Source: Raillietiella orientalis (lineage: Eukaryota). From it: 64,000 nucleotides of DNA. Within the stretch, counting starts at the first letter, position 1, and each line of letters opens with the position of its first letter. The notes under the pieces were generated by a model. That model made no database searches and was not told the DNA's origin. It worked only from the letters and a program-made list of their open reading frames with translations. Below, in pieces: positions 1-13,687 of the stretch. The position numbers and the translations under genes were made by a program. The stretch spans positions 310,001 through 374,000 of the forward strand of contig JAYWIR010000061.1 in assembly GCA_036172245.1 (NCBI GenBank). Direction: 5' to 3'.

Positions 1-3000
1 TAACGTTCCTAGTTGCTTATACGCCAACATAGTTCCTAGCACCCTTAATCGCCTCCATTTTTCAATAATTCAAGAACTTGAGAATAAGCACCACAAAGTA
101 AAAAACCCTCTGGCATCATTTTTTAAAAGTGAAAAAATTACTACCGTTCTTTCACATTGAATGAATCCGATAATGAGGTTTCAGACTTCGCCGCAACTTG
201 GACTGAATGATTCACTCGAAAAACTAAAAACCCGCTCAAAAATATGAATCGGGAAAGATTACCAACATGGCAATAAAACATCTGAATGCTACCCCAAAGT
301 TGTAATCACAAAATTCAAATGATGTCCCGTTGGCTCGTGAAGAAGCCAGTGTCTCGTGACTTCTCTGATCTCGAATAACGAGTTTACAACTAATTTAAAC
401 GAAGTTTACCTTTATAAAATATTAGGAATAAGACAAATCAATTTCATCAGAAAAAATATAATTATGATTATCCAAGTGAATTGAATACAAGCAAAACGCA
501 GAAGAATCATCAAAACATTCCCATCATCTAAAGCTTTATTTATTGGTCCCCTCGTTTTGGAAATATCATCTTTACAATGAAAACTAACGTAAAGTAGTAA
601 GAGCAAAATATGATCATGCAAAAGTACACTATTGCATATTTATAAATTTAAAAGCACATAACAGAATGACTTCCATACAAATCAGAGAAAGTTTTCAAAT
701 AATTTACAGTCTTTCCCAATTATGAATTTCATTATCAGCAACTCTTAGTCATCTACTGTTTATATCCCAATCTCTTCATTTCTTTAATAATTTGCTCGGA
801 TGCTATTCAACTAGAAATATTGCCTGTTTTTTTTTTTTTAATAGCACCGTATAATATAATTCCGATAATGAAAACATACCTTCAAGATTTTACGTTTTAT
901 GTCCTTCTTTAAGAAGAAGAATATAAAACTCTTATAATGCTATTTTACTACCAGATAGCTACCAAGTAACTATATTTTTAAGAATTCTCTGAACAAGATA
1001 CTGAAAAAGATACTTCAGTGTATATGAAACTGTGATTTTTATTCTTTGTCATCGTCGTTCAATAAGTCTTTGTGGAACAACTCCAAGTCACATGATTTCA
1101 TTATACACTTCAAAATTATATCATGTACTTCAAAATTTTTCACTTCATGCAAAAGTGTAAACATCAGAGAAGTAAATAAATTCATTAAGTCCTATATAGT
1201 CTCAAATACACAAAGCTCCATCAAAATGACAGAGATGTTTTTACATGAAAGTCAAAGAATGAGCCAGGAATACTTCACACTTCTAAAAAAGACATTTGAG
1301 CAAGCAATGATAGATGCATCTTTAGCGAATGGTACTCTGCTTAGAAAAAAAAACACAAAGAGGAGATAAAGTAAAAAGCAGTCAAGACTGTGGATGCTTC
1401 GAAAGGTAGAAACGAAATCTAAAACAGAAATAAGAAGTCCAATCATAGAAAATAATCCTCTGAGAAATTCTAAATAAAAAAAACACTCCTAGGAACTCAA
1501 GTTATTTTCTTTGTGAATCAAAACTTTCATTTTACTAATAACAATCATTTGATTAATGACGAGAAACAAACGTGACTGAATTCGGTATTGCTAATCGAAC
1601 AAGCTAAAATAAAACAGCAGATGAGTGGGGTTTGCATCGTAAATTGGATTTTGAGCAATCGAAATGACAGTTTCAAAGTTTCAATCTTCTCAAGAGATTT
1701 GCAGCTATTCTAGGAAAATGATGAAGATGGACGCTTAACGATGACTGGATGAAGTCATTTTGGGAATCGTGCTTGAAGCTTCTGATAAGGCTTGCCAAAG
1801 TATTATAAAACGATGAGCTTGATCACAATGGCAAATTTGGAGCACATCGAGGATACACAAGATTATCAGAATATTTTGATCGACGTGGACATATCCACAA
1901 TGAAATTAAGGAATCGTTCTATAATGATAAGTTAATACGATGGGTATCCATTTGGAGACAGGACAGCGACATAAACAGGACTGTATGGGACTTGTTAGGA
2001 TGGCAAGCTGCAAAGTGAACAGGAAACGTAGTGATTAGGTTTTGATATTCGCCAGTGTTCGTAGCTCCAAGAAAAATATGGATTCTTCTTTATCTTGGGA
2101 CAAACGTAAGAACAGAAGCAATGTTCTGTTCTATAGAACTGTATAGACAAATTTAGATGTCATTAAACAAAGTAGTCTCTTCGAAGAGCTCGGATCTAGC
2201 AGCTATCACATGCTTGGGTCGAAATTTATTTATATTTTCATGTTAAACAAGCGTGCAAGATTACTGTCCGAGCATGGAACTTTTATGGAAGATTCCATAG
2301 AACCGCACGTTAACCAGAACACATTACATTATCCAGTGATAAAATGTGTTAAGTTCACCCAAAAAGTGCCTTGGAAGGATAAGTAAATTTATCAAGGGCA
2401 TTTCCGTTATCTTAAAACTGGCTTAGAATAAAAGAAAATATATGTATAAGTAAATAGCATGACTCAGTTTAGGAATATCAAATCCTTATGAACTACAAAT
2501 GCATCTGTGGTATCAAGCTTGTGACTCCCAGACATGAATTGTAAAAAATTCAAACTACTGCTTTACACAAAAAATATTTTAATTTTTGTAAAGTACCTTT
2601 CAGTTTAAAGTAGGCGCGAAACCCAGGACTTCATTTGCCGTTCATTTTGGAAGCTGGAAACATGCAGTATCTCAAGAGTGATTGTATAAAGCCTTCCCTA
2701 GAAAGACCTTTCATCTTCTAGGTCTAGAGTAATGAACAGTTTCCAGTTTTACGATAACCCTAAGGGTAATGTTGCACGCTGCATGTATTAGTACACGCTT
2801 GTATTTGGATGCACAGTATGAATGTCTCAATTCTTCAAATTCATATCCATCCTCATAGATACCCACAGCAATTGCCTAGCAAGAACGTAATTAGCTTTTT
2901 CTCATTCATTATTTAGACTACTTTGAAGCTACCCAATCAGATTTCTATGCTATTACTCATATAACTATATTTAAGTTAACCTATCCATTGCACTAATCCA

Positions 3001-3626
3001 TTAAGTTTATCTTGATTTCTCCTGATTCCTTCACAAAGCAATAAGGAATTGTATATCAGATTGCTTCCAATCTTCCCAATTTATTCAGATATGGGCTACA
3101 AATACTCAGAAGTTGAAGATCAGGATCTCATTCAGTTAAGATACTAAGTATAGCTGTTTCCTCCTTTGTCAATTATCTCACTAGTTGATTTTTTAAGAAA
3201 AGCATCTGATTGTAAACAAATTTCCTACACAAAGCATCATTAAGACGAAACCTTACTTCAAAGTTCTGGGTGAAATTTTGTGAATGTGCAATCCAGACAT
3301 TCAAATAGAAGTGGTAGATTACTTGTCAAGGCAAAAAGTGTGCACAAAAACAATTTTAAGACTATCACTGACTGCCTTTATTCCAGTCCATCTATGGAAA
3401 ATCAATAACCAAGAGGAACTAATAGTTATAGAATGACAAAATAAAGCATCTGCAGTTGATATCAGAATTGAGAACAATACTTTCCTATCCACAACTTCCA
3501 AATAACTGATAAAATCCAGTTTCTAACCCATCTTCCCCAATGAGTTTTATCAAGTCTGTTTTTGGTTTGCCCCAAAATCTTTTAGTTTTTACAAATGATC
3601 ACTCTTCCAGCTGTAAAGAATCTATT

Positions 3627-4655
<1,029 letters not shown>

Positions 4656-5774
4656 CTAATTTATTCTATTTTTGTATTACTGGAGGCTTTTAGGATCTGA
4701 GAAATTCAAGAAATCAAACAGCAATTACATATCTGATAATCTTTTGTCCTTTCATATTTTTCGGGGTTACTTTTGACAGTTACGACGGATATGATCACAG
4801 ACAGATTTATATTTCGTGATTAAAGAATCGCTTCCAATAAGGCTTGCTTTCAACTATAACGCGAAACTTTTTGATCAAGTGATAAAAAGTCAACACATGA
4901 CAGCCAAAAAACAATAATTATCCAACCAAATAAAACTACTTTGCAGAGTATCATGTATAGCACTTGAAAATCAAATTCTAATTAATTGTCGCTAAAACTA
5001 AAGCAAAGCTAGCAGTGCATTTGCTTCCCTAAATAAATGATTGGAGAATAATAAACAGAGAACAGATGAAACTATTATTTTTGAACACCGTGCTCCTTAA
5101 AACTAACGTTAACGACACTTCGAACTTTTCGCATCCAAAAGCTAATTACATCATTGCTTCTTCACCGGAAAAGCATCTTCTTTCGCAGCATGTCAAAATT
5201 TTATAACTGAGAAGGTAAAAATTTTACATCAATTTCCACCGGAAAAAATTGCACACAACAAGAATGCAGTTTTTATAGCTTGTAATAGGCGTGCAACTAC
5301 TTCCTCTCAAACTATTCCGTAGCAAACGGAAAACTAACTTCTTTTCAACGTCAAGCATGCATTCAGAATGGTTGGAGGATAAATGAATCCAGGCAAGTTT
5401 GTTGAGTAAAAATTTCAAATAAATATCCACACAGTCACTTTACAACCACGTGAGAAGAAGCTCTTTTCCTCCGTCGACCACAATTCCCATAGTTTTTTGC
5501 ACAGCTACCGCAAAACGCCGACAGCGAGCCGCACTTGCAAAACACAACAGAAGCGTTGCGAATGGGAAGGGTTGCCCGCTCTCGCTCAGGGTTCGTCGAC
5601 GACGAAAATGAGGCATTTACAAGTCTCGAATGCCCAAGGCAGGCAGTTCACGTCAGACGAGTTTCAAGACCGAACGAGTTCTTCGTGGCGACCACATCTA
5701 CAGCACAGCATCCCAGTTTCAACTTCCATCTGCCAACGCACAAGTTTTCACGTTCAGTCTCTTTTCACTATGAG

Positions 5775-5790
5775 CACGTGTTGATCGATA
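5775..5790. promoter_or_regulatory. Putative CK2-beta promoter motifs: E-box CACGTG next to DRE-like GATCGATA
   Basis: CACGTG at 5775-5780 and a 7/8 match to TATCGATA at 5783-5790, at the edge of a CpG-rich stretch (about 5450-5790) upstream of the minus-strand gene. An acceptor 10 nt before the ATG (4627) implies a non-coding first exon. Confidence 0.3.
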
Positions 5791-8634
5791 CACACCAATA
5801 AATATGTCTAAACAGATCATCTTAAATAATTAAATCTCCAAATCAACTAAACTAATTTCTGTTTATCACTCGTTGAAAAGGTTTTTTAATGATGGCAGAT
5901 GTTTTCTGCTTTGATCCTCGATTTCAGATAGCAAAATATCAACTGCATGATTTATAGATTCAATTGTTAGGGACTAATAATAAGCATCCTCAGTAGAAGT
6001 TTATCAACTGTTAATTTCGTAATTTAGTTGATAATTTAGTAGTATAGCACTCTTGGAAAATTCTCAAGACAATGCAATTTGTATATCTTGGACGAATTTG
6101 ACTGAGTCTCGATTAACAGTTACACATGCATTTGGGTTTCATTATGCTCAGTGAAAGTTGTCCGAGCTCTTTCAGATATGCTTAGTGCTTTTTAGAATTC
6201 GATCAAAACAAGATCATGAAATAGTTTTGGAAAGTAAATTGATCTTTCAAATAGTAGAGCTAAATCTGGAGACTTCTTATTGACAACGCTTCATACGTAT
6301 TGCAGATAAACATTGAATAAAAGTCTGTTGCTGTCAGTATCAACTGCCATGATTAGTTTATTATCAACTTTACTTTGGTTTGTAAACTTTGATTACGAGA
6401 AAAACAACTAAAGCAAAGTTATGAAAATTTCCTTTGCAATGTTTACAAAACTCTCTTGAAATCATCAAAGTTCCATAAAATTATCTGCATTTTCCACATG
6501 ATCCACAGATCTTGAAATTTATTTCATCAGTCTCCCGATTTCATTTAGCGTCTTATGAGCCCAGAATTGTACATTTATGTATAAAAAGATGAAAATAACA
6601 ATGTATATACAGTCGGAGCACATTTTGTTCAAGCATACCTGCAATTGTTTCTCATTTATCATTCGTTGAATCCTCCTATAATATCGGAATATATTGCATT
6701 TATATTTATTTGCATACTAAAACTTGTTAAACAAATTTTTCATTCTTCGATAGTAGTTTGAGAGGGAACTAAACGTAAACCTATTTTGTTAACAACTCAA
6801 ATAAGGTATATGGACTTTGCATACATATTTATTAATACCGGATATTTACTGAAAACACTTCTATTCGTGGTTTTCTTATTGGTCAACGAATTTTTTTTCT
6901 ATTCTTTTTATTATTCATTTCCTGTTTCTTCGTTCATTTTCAAGACACGAAACTTCCAGATAAGCCATAGACGTCGTAATGATGTCTTTATTAGGTTTTT
7001 GTACGTTTTCATTTGGGCATTACGTTTTATATATTTCTGCCAATAAAAAATCGATCGCTAACGATACTACTTTTCACGAAATCAAGTGCATAATAAAACC
7101 GTACTTGGAATTTTTTTTTTTTTTTTAGTTTACGTTTGTTTCTTTCTGTGGTTAACAGTTGGTTTTTTCACCATTTATGGTTCTGGTTCGCTTCAACCTT
7201 GAAAGTTTCCCTTTTTTAGTTATTCCCAGAGCCTCACATGGCTTGCTTGCACTTTTTCCAACTTATTCGTTAGCGACTAAAGTCCGAATACTGTGCATGT
7301 GCATTTGTGTGGAAGACAGTAGTTGAAGCGACTTTTTTCAGCAGCAAGTACTACATAAACGAGTGGTAATGCTGATTCGGTGCTGATGTAGCTCTCCTCA
7401 AATATCTGCGAAGAAACAAGAATCAAGGAGAAAAAGGATGTTTTCATCACCTGATGAACATTACGACTGACATTGCTGTCGCAAATCTCTTAAAACAATA
7501 ACCATGATTCCCAACGTTCCCTAACATTTAGCACATAGTGAATACATCCTGCAGCAGTGCAGAATCATTTGCACGAGTACAGGTTTCATCTCCGAGAATT
7601 GGGAAATCGGATGCTGTTGGTAAAATTTCCATCCTCTGCAAGAATTCCAGGCTGGTAGAATGATTAGTTTAGAGAAAGAGCTCTCCATGAGCTAAAAGTA
7701 ATCTGATCGCGCGCAATAAAGTTGCTCCTTGGATTTTTCTAACAGCATTTACAATATTGCAATCTTTAGAAAGAATACAGCTGCACTTTTTACATCTAAA
7801 CAAATGAATCGAATCAGCTGACTGTGCTGCATCCAAAATTGATGCTGTAGATAAATTCGTAGCATAGGATGTGCTAATATTTATGTAAAGGGAAAAATTG
7901 CACAGTCGTTTAATACAGTAGAAACCTGACAAATCTTAGAATCATTAAGTGCTTATTAAAATAGCAGTTTATATAATTCCCCTTGAATTTGAGGGGTATT
8001 TTGTCTGACAAATAGTTTCTTGAAGGTTTTGGTTTTTTCCTTTCAGCGTTCGGATTTATCTTTAACACACTTGCCGCAGTTTTATTTCGGTCTTTCGTCC
8101 ATAAGAATTGTGAAGCACTATTGTGGACTCTAAAGATACCGACTTATAGTAATAGAAGAACTTATGGATATTGCCAAAATTACTCAGGAAAATACTTTTG
8201 AAAATTGCAGCTGATAATACTCGTCTGCACTCTAATGGAACTCATCCACACGAAGAAAAAATTATTTGGGCTTCACATCAAGATTCAGATGATTATTTGG
8301 AGCCACATACTTGATATCGGACTGGCCTATGCGAATCGATTCACGACAGCTCCGAGGAACACCAAAAACACGAATCATCTAAACGACAAGAGCGTGTAAC
8401 AACTGCTCGTTGTTGCTCAATCCTGCATCCATCTGCTTGCTACAACAGCAAGCAGATGAATGGCCGTTCCACTACGCCGGGACCATCCTCGAGTTTCACC
8501 TTGTGAATGCTGAAAAAAGGATAAGTCGAACTGTGAATTTACAAACAAGGCCTGGGAGATGCGAGAGCACTCAGAACCGTCCATCGACACGAAAGGCACC
8601 ATGCTACGCGATTTCATATTCGCATCCTCTGGAT

Positions 8635-9050
8635 CAGTGCTTCCCAAAGTGGGTGGTGCCGACCCCTGGTGGGCGCTGGAACGATTCAGGGGGGCGACGG
8701 TAGCAGCCTCAAGTGCAATTGGAGGGCGTTGAATAAAAACTGGGGGGAGGGGGGTAGGATGAATGGATAAAGAAAGAGGAGAAGATGAGAAAATTTGAAA
8801 AAACCGTTCGTACAAGGTTCATCTGCTGTGTGCCATGGGAAGTCCTGGTTAGGTTAGGTACTTCGTTTCCCAAGCAAACACACAAAATGCAAGTTGCAAT
8901 TTATTAGTGGTCACGTCTGCGGACGGGCCTCAAGCAAGCAAATGTTGACAGAGGAGCGTGTTGTCGGAAAATCCAGCATGCACCTCCAGAAATAGGTGCG
9001 TGCCATTACTTGTTTGCAATGCGATATTATTAATAGGCGAAATTACGAAA
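8635..9050 (+). mobile_element. 5' end of a hAT (Charlie/hAT1-like) DNA transposon, truncated before the transposase
   Basis: Starts CAGTGCTTCCCAAAGTGGG (hAT-Charlie-type TIR), followed by GC-rich subterminal GGGCG motifs. The preceding 8-mer CTCTGGAT resembles the nTCTAGAn target preference. No right TIR was found. Confidence 0.8.
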
Positions 9051-10339
9051 TCAACTTGACACTGTTTCTGAACTGTGTGAGAAGCAGCATCTTTTTATCT
9101 GAGGAAGCGGCAGTGGACCAAATAAGTTTGAGATCCTGTGCGCTAGATGCCTACTAAATGGGAACATGTTTGTATATTTGTTTGTGTGAACCCTGAACAC
9201 CTGAAGCAATTTTTGAGGATTTTGCAGTTGCGATTGCATCGTTAAATCTATATTAACCAGCCAACAGCATTAATACGAATTGATAACGTGGAATGAATTT
9301 TTTGGAGAATTTACTGTTCATCCTACTTTAATGGTGTGGATTACACTACCATCTAGAAGCCAGATTCTCAGTGCATTCCAGCAATCCATAATATAAAATG
9401 CATCCGATATGTGATATTTACTAAAACAGGTTTGAATATGATGACATCCAATCAACGTTGTAATAAGCCAATCTGATAGAGTGTTCAGAGACTTCAGCAC
9501 ATTAATGTTTTGCACGCATTCATTTCCATTCTGAGTAATCGAGGCGTAACTTATCCTCTACGTTACTCATTTATGAGCGTCCATAATGACAGTCCCTTTG
9601 CACTAATTAATATGCCACGCATTGCTATTTAACTGAAAAAACAACTTTCAACTCATCCATCTCTTGCATTTGCTGTGTTACTACCAATGTCATCAAGGAC
9701 AAGGAAGCTGGTTTGGATGCAACGTGCTCTTAGAGCTCTTAGAGGACAATACCGAAAATTTCGTGGTAAAATCTTCTGCTCCAAGTTCCTATAGGATTGT
9801 CTCGATATCCTTTAGGTTTTCAGTATTCTCAGTTGAATAATTTCGAAGATACTATAATTATTTATTAAAAAGCTTTGGGACTGTATAAGCACAAGTAATC
9901 AAAAAAATTAAAGAATAAACAAAAAGATTAGGCAAATTTTCACTTGAAATTCTTAATAACTACGCTTCCAATGATAAATTTATGTCTCATTTCGTGTCAG
10001 AGATGTAAGGCATGAACTTATTATTACTTCCCAGTATTTGTAAAAGGAATTCCTTATTGATCTGAGTAGTATTGATTTTTGAACCAGAGGTTGCCATGTT
10101 AAAACAGTTTGTAGTTCTGCAAAACTTCCATTCGTGATGTTGTGTAACCATCACAGTTGTCTGCAGTTGTGGTGCGATCGTTGTGTGATCTGAGTTAGAG
10201 TGCAAAGGCATCTAGCCTTCATTTCCCTTTTTGTTCCAACTCGCCTCGTATACCTAACATTGACCTAAAGTCAATGACCTAAAGTCATGAACCTAACAAG
10301 AAGGTATTACTCGGAATTAGTTGTTGTTTTTCTTAGACA

Positions 10340-10700
10340 AATGCGTCGATGACAATTGGCCCTCCCATTCCCAAAGGATGGCTCCCATCACAATCCCTGC
10401 TGATGTTCCGTCTTCTATCACGGCGATCTCTTGCGTTTCGTCCAGGGTCCGACTGGGCTGCTTCTATCGACAGTGAAGATCCCCGAGACGCTTTTCAGAC
10501 ATTTACGAAGGTTCCTCAGCGTTGCCTCCTCGGTATTTGAGCACTCAATGACGGTTCTTCGTTTCTCAGCTGGCATCATTATCAGACATTTTAAGCATTC
10601 AGTGCAACCTCGAAATCTAGAGGATGTTCCGAAACTATGACCGAGGAGGAACAGTGTCACCCAAAAATAATGCACATCAAATTTTACCCATTTTCGATGA
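10340..10700 (-). mobile_element. Degenerate, internally deleted Tc1/mariner-superfamily (maT/DD37D-like) transposase relic
   Basis: Frameshifted fragments MPAEKRRTVIE..., GIFTVD (cf. DEKIFTVE) and SAGIVMGAI..GNGRA..IVID (cf. SVMVWAGIS.NGKTPLVFVD). TIR-like CAGTGTCACCCAAAAATAATG at 10652. Confidence 0.5.
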
Positions 10701-11959
10701 TTTTTTACGGAGAGGAAGAACATTAAACATAATCTTTTTGTTGGATAGGTTGCACTTTCTTTAAGCATCTTGCAATGCTCGGAATTCCATAAGGAAGCTG
10801 AAGAAAAAAACAGAGTGAACAGGATATTTTATGGTGGCACCAAGACTTGGTTAAAATGATCAGTCAGTGCTTTCAGAATGAGCCCTATTAATCTGGTTTT
10901 ATAAATGGAAATCATTCTGCAAAATAATCTGGTTTTATGAATGGAAACAGAAGCATCCTTAAAATTACAATACTTATATTTATTACGGATATGGCGATCT
11001 TGAAGTGAATTCCATTAACTTCTATTACATGTTTTATTATCATAAGCACCGTTATGCAAAATCGTATATTATGTTGACGTAGAGATGCCATACTTTATGT
11101 TTCTGAAACAGGGTTCTGCGGCTAACTACCACTTTGTATTAGGTTCCCATTCTGTGATCAATTCCAATCTTTTGTTCATACACTTATAGGATTAAATTCT
11201 AGCTATGGTAAGTGCAAAAAAGCAACTTGAATAATTCGGAACGCATCTGTAAACTTGCTTTCTTGAGATCAAAATATAACAAATAACTGCAAAGTATGGA
11301 ACATTGGTGACGCTCATGAAATAGATACTGCCTTAGCAATATTTGCAGCCAGCAGTGAATTCTGAAAACGAATTGCTGCTGAGTATTGTGCGTGGTGCAC
11401 ACTGATTTTGATTCCTGTTCGATCTTCACGGTTACTACGAGCAATTATAACTCACATCCTCATACTTGAGCTCGTGATTCTTCACCTCACTTTACGTTAG
11501 AACAGTTGGAACATTTTTTTTTTTTCTTTCTTAAAATAAAGCACGCAAATTTGGGGGTCGCACAGTAGTAGGATTCTCATTTGAAGACGATGAAGACGAA
11601 ACTATAGCAAGTCCTTAACTTATGGATTTATTATATGATCCTTTAAACATCAAGTAGATCGCGGATCACTCAAGGCATTCATAATGTTGCTAGTGTCTTT
11701 GGATGACAAAGTCCATTAACCATTAGACGAATAATCTTTTCCTTCAGAGATCGCTTCAACCCTCATATTATTTATTCGAAATTAAAAGTTTTCAGGTTTA
11801 CCTTTATTCAGAACCAGAGATAAAACGAAATTTGAGATTGCATTATCATCCTAACCTACCATCTTAACAAACTTGACTCTACAACAAATGGTTGTCGATG
11901 CCACAAAAATTCATCACTGATATTATGTTTTTACTAAATTGTTCATCTTTTCCCCTTCT

Positions 11960-12178
11960 TTAAATTGTGAATTTAATGTTCCTAATATTGTGTTTCGCCA
12001 TCGAATCCGTCAACCGTAATCTGAAAATTGTTCAACCAAGTTGCAGTATTTGCCACCAATTTTGATTTTTTTTTTTAAAAAATTACTTTGCATTAGCCCT
12101 CTTCCTTTGTAGTGTCATATTCCTTATCTGTCTTCATCCATGCTTCTTCTTTATCCAGTCTACTATTGGCTTTTCTAT
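11960..12178 (-). mobile_element. pogo/Tigger-like transposase relic (CENP-B-type HTH)
   Basis: Broken translation IEKPIVDWIKKKHG*RQIRNMTLQRKRA...DGF..KHNIRNIKF resembles the CENP-B HTH pattern (E..L..WI...R....I....I..KA...GWL.RF..RH.I). Stops and frameshifts are present. Confidence 0.45.
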
Positions 12179-13687
12179 ACATTCTAAGATTATAACTTCG
12201 AGTACCTACCATCAATTGTGAGATTTAGGAAGATGAGTATTTAAATTTTAAAATCACATCTACTTTATATGTGACGGACATTAATTAACAAATTATCTAC
12301 AGCAAAAGTCTGAATATCACCCAAGATACCTTTCTGTTTCACTAATAGCCTTCACAAACAAGTATTTAACAAAGAGTCTGTGCTCGAAGCATCCAGTTTG
12401 GGAATCACATTTTAGTACTGTTATGTTAAAAAGCAGAGGTATTACAAAGCTCTTCGGATGCACGGGGAATAAGGAAAGATGAAAAATATAACGACACTTT
12501 GCTATGCTTCTTATTCCGAGCCGAGCCCTTGGGCAAAATCATATTTAAAGGTTTGATGAAAATAATATTAATGGGTCAGAAAACAAGCGTAAGAGCACTA
12601 GAAACGGTTATAAACAGGTGTGTGATAGATAAGAATAATGACAAAACAGTGGTCAGTCAGATACAGTCGCATACAGTGGCTTGTCGAAAAGGTTAAAAGT
12701 TATAAATCTTGATTATTTTAAGGGGATATATGTTGATCTGATAAACAAAGTTGGAAAATTGTTGCCCCCCCCAAAAAAAAACTCACATGATTTACATACG
12801 TTTGATTCAACGATCATAAATTTATCAGGATATCTCATAGAAGATGAAGCACCCTCTTTCCTTCACGAGAAAATAAATAAATAAATACTTTGAAAGAATC
12901 AATGCTGGTAAGCCTAAATGTCAAATTAAACACGTTTTTCTAAATGCAGTCTCCAATTCATATATTGTCTATTGTGGCTCAGTTCAGACCACTTGACAAC
13001 TCAATACTTGCGCCCATGTTCGAGATTATTCCTTAAAATTGGAAACAATTCCAAATTCCAAAGAACTGAATACTAGTTTAGAATCACGGTTCACGTCTAG
13101 AAACTGTGGAGATTCGAATTGAGAAAAGAAAAAGTCCATGCACTCATTGGAATCCTCAAGTCAGGAATATATATCAACTCCAAGATTATATTATTACAGT
13201 TATTCATTGTACTGATATTATTACATCGTGAAAGGGTTGGTTCGTTTCCTTTTTTTTTTTTTTAGATTGATACAACCTTGGATTTCCTAGCATTCACCAT
13301 GAGTTGGCCGGATTGAATTCAGGAATTCTTCCCATTCCACAGAGAATCGTTTCTTGTGTGACTTTTAATACTCTTTTCCGTTTATTCTTGCAAGATGGGA
13401 GCAGCAGAGTAAACTTTCTCAGTACATTCTGCAGTACCACCGTACGTACGACATGCATTCCATCATGTGATATGTCTATGTAAAATAAAGCTCATGACGT
13501 TTCAAATACTTTAAGGATGAGCACAAAGGGGAAGCAAAGTTTTTTTGAAAAATTGGATTTAGAGAAACTCAGCAAAAGAGTATTGCATGAGTTAGTAAGT
13601 CGTTAGACGAGCAATCCTTAGCGCTGGTCGCCGGTGAAACGATTCGCGTGGTTAGGATGAGACTGTGGGTTTTGCTGTGTTCTTTTA

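Noticed and set aside
1..1500. Possible minus-strand exons (donors near 410 and 879; DLMNLFTSLMF...DDDKE*) and plus ORF 1046-1369
   Set aside because: No consistent phased model and no recognisable domain; frequent stops.
1818..2018. LDHNGKFGAHRGYTRLSEYF resembling a Gypsy integrase zinc-binding start
   Set aside because: No CxxC, no DDE core and no LTRs; too weak.
2596..2880. Protein-like minus-strand fragments (AIAVGIYEDGYEFEEL; ERQMKSWVSRLL)
   Set aside because: Short, unlinked and not assignable.
5900..8630. ORFs 7669-7932 (RCKKC) and 8205-8703, suggestive of zinc-finger or old TE coding DNA
   Set aside because: No complete motif; probably decayed repeats, family not supportable.
12395..12410. 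AGTTTGGGAATCAC as the right TIR of the hAT element
   Set aside because: Lacks the terminal CTG, the GC-rich subterminus and the matching 8-bp TSD.
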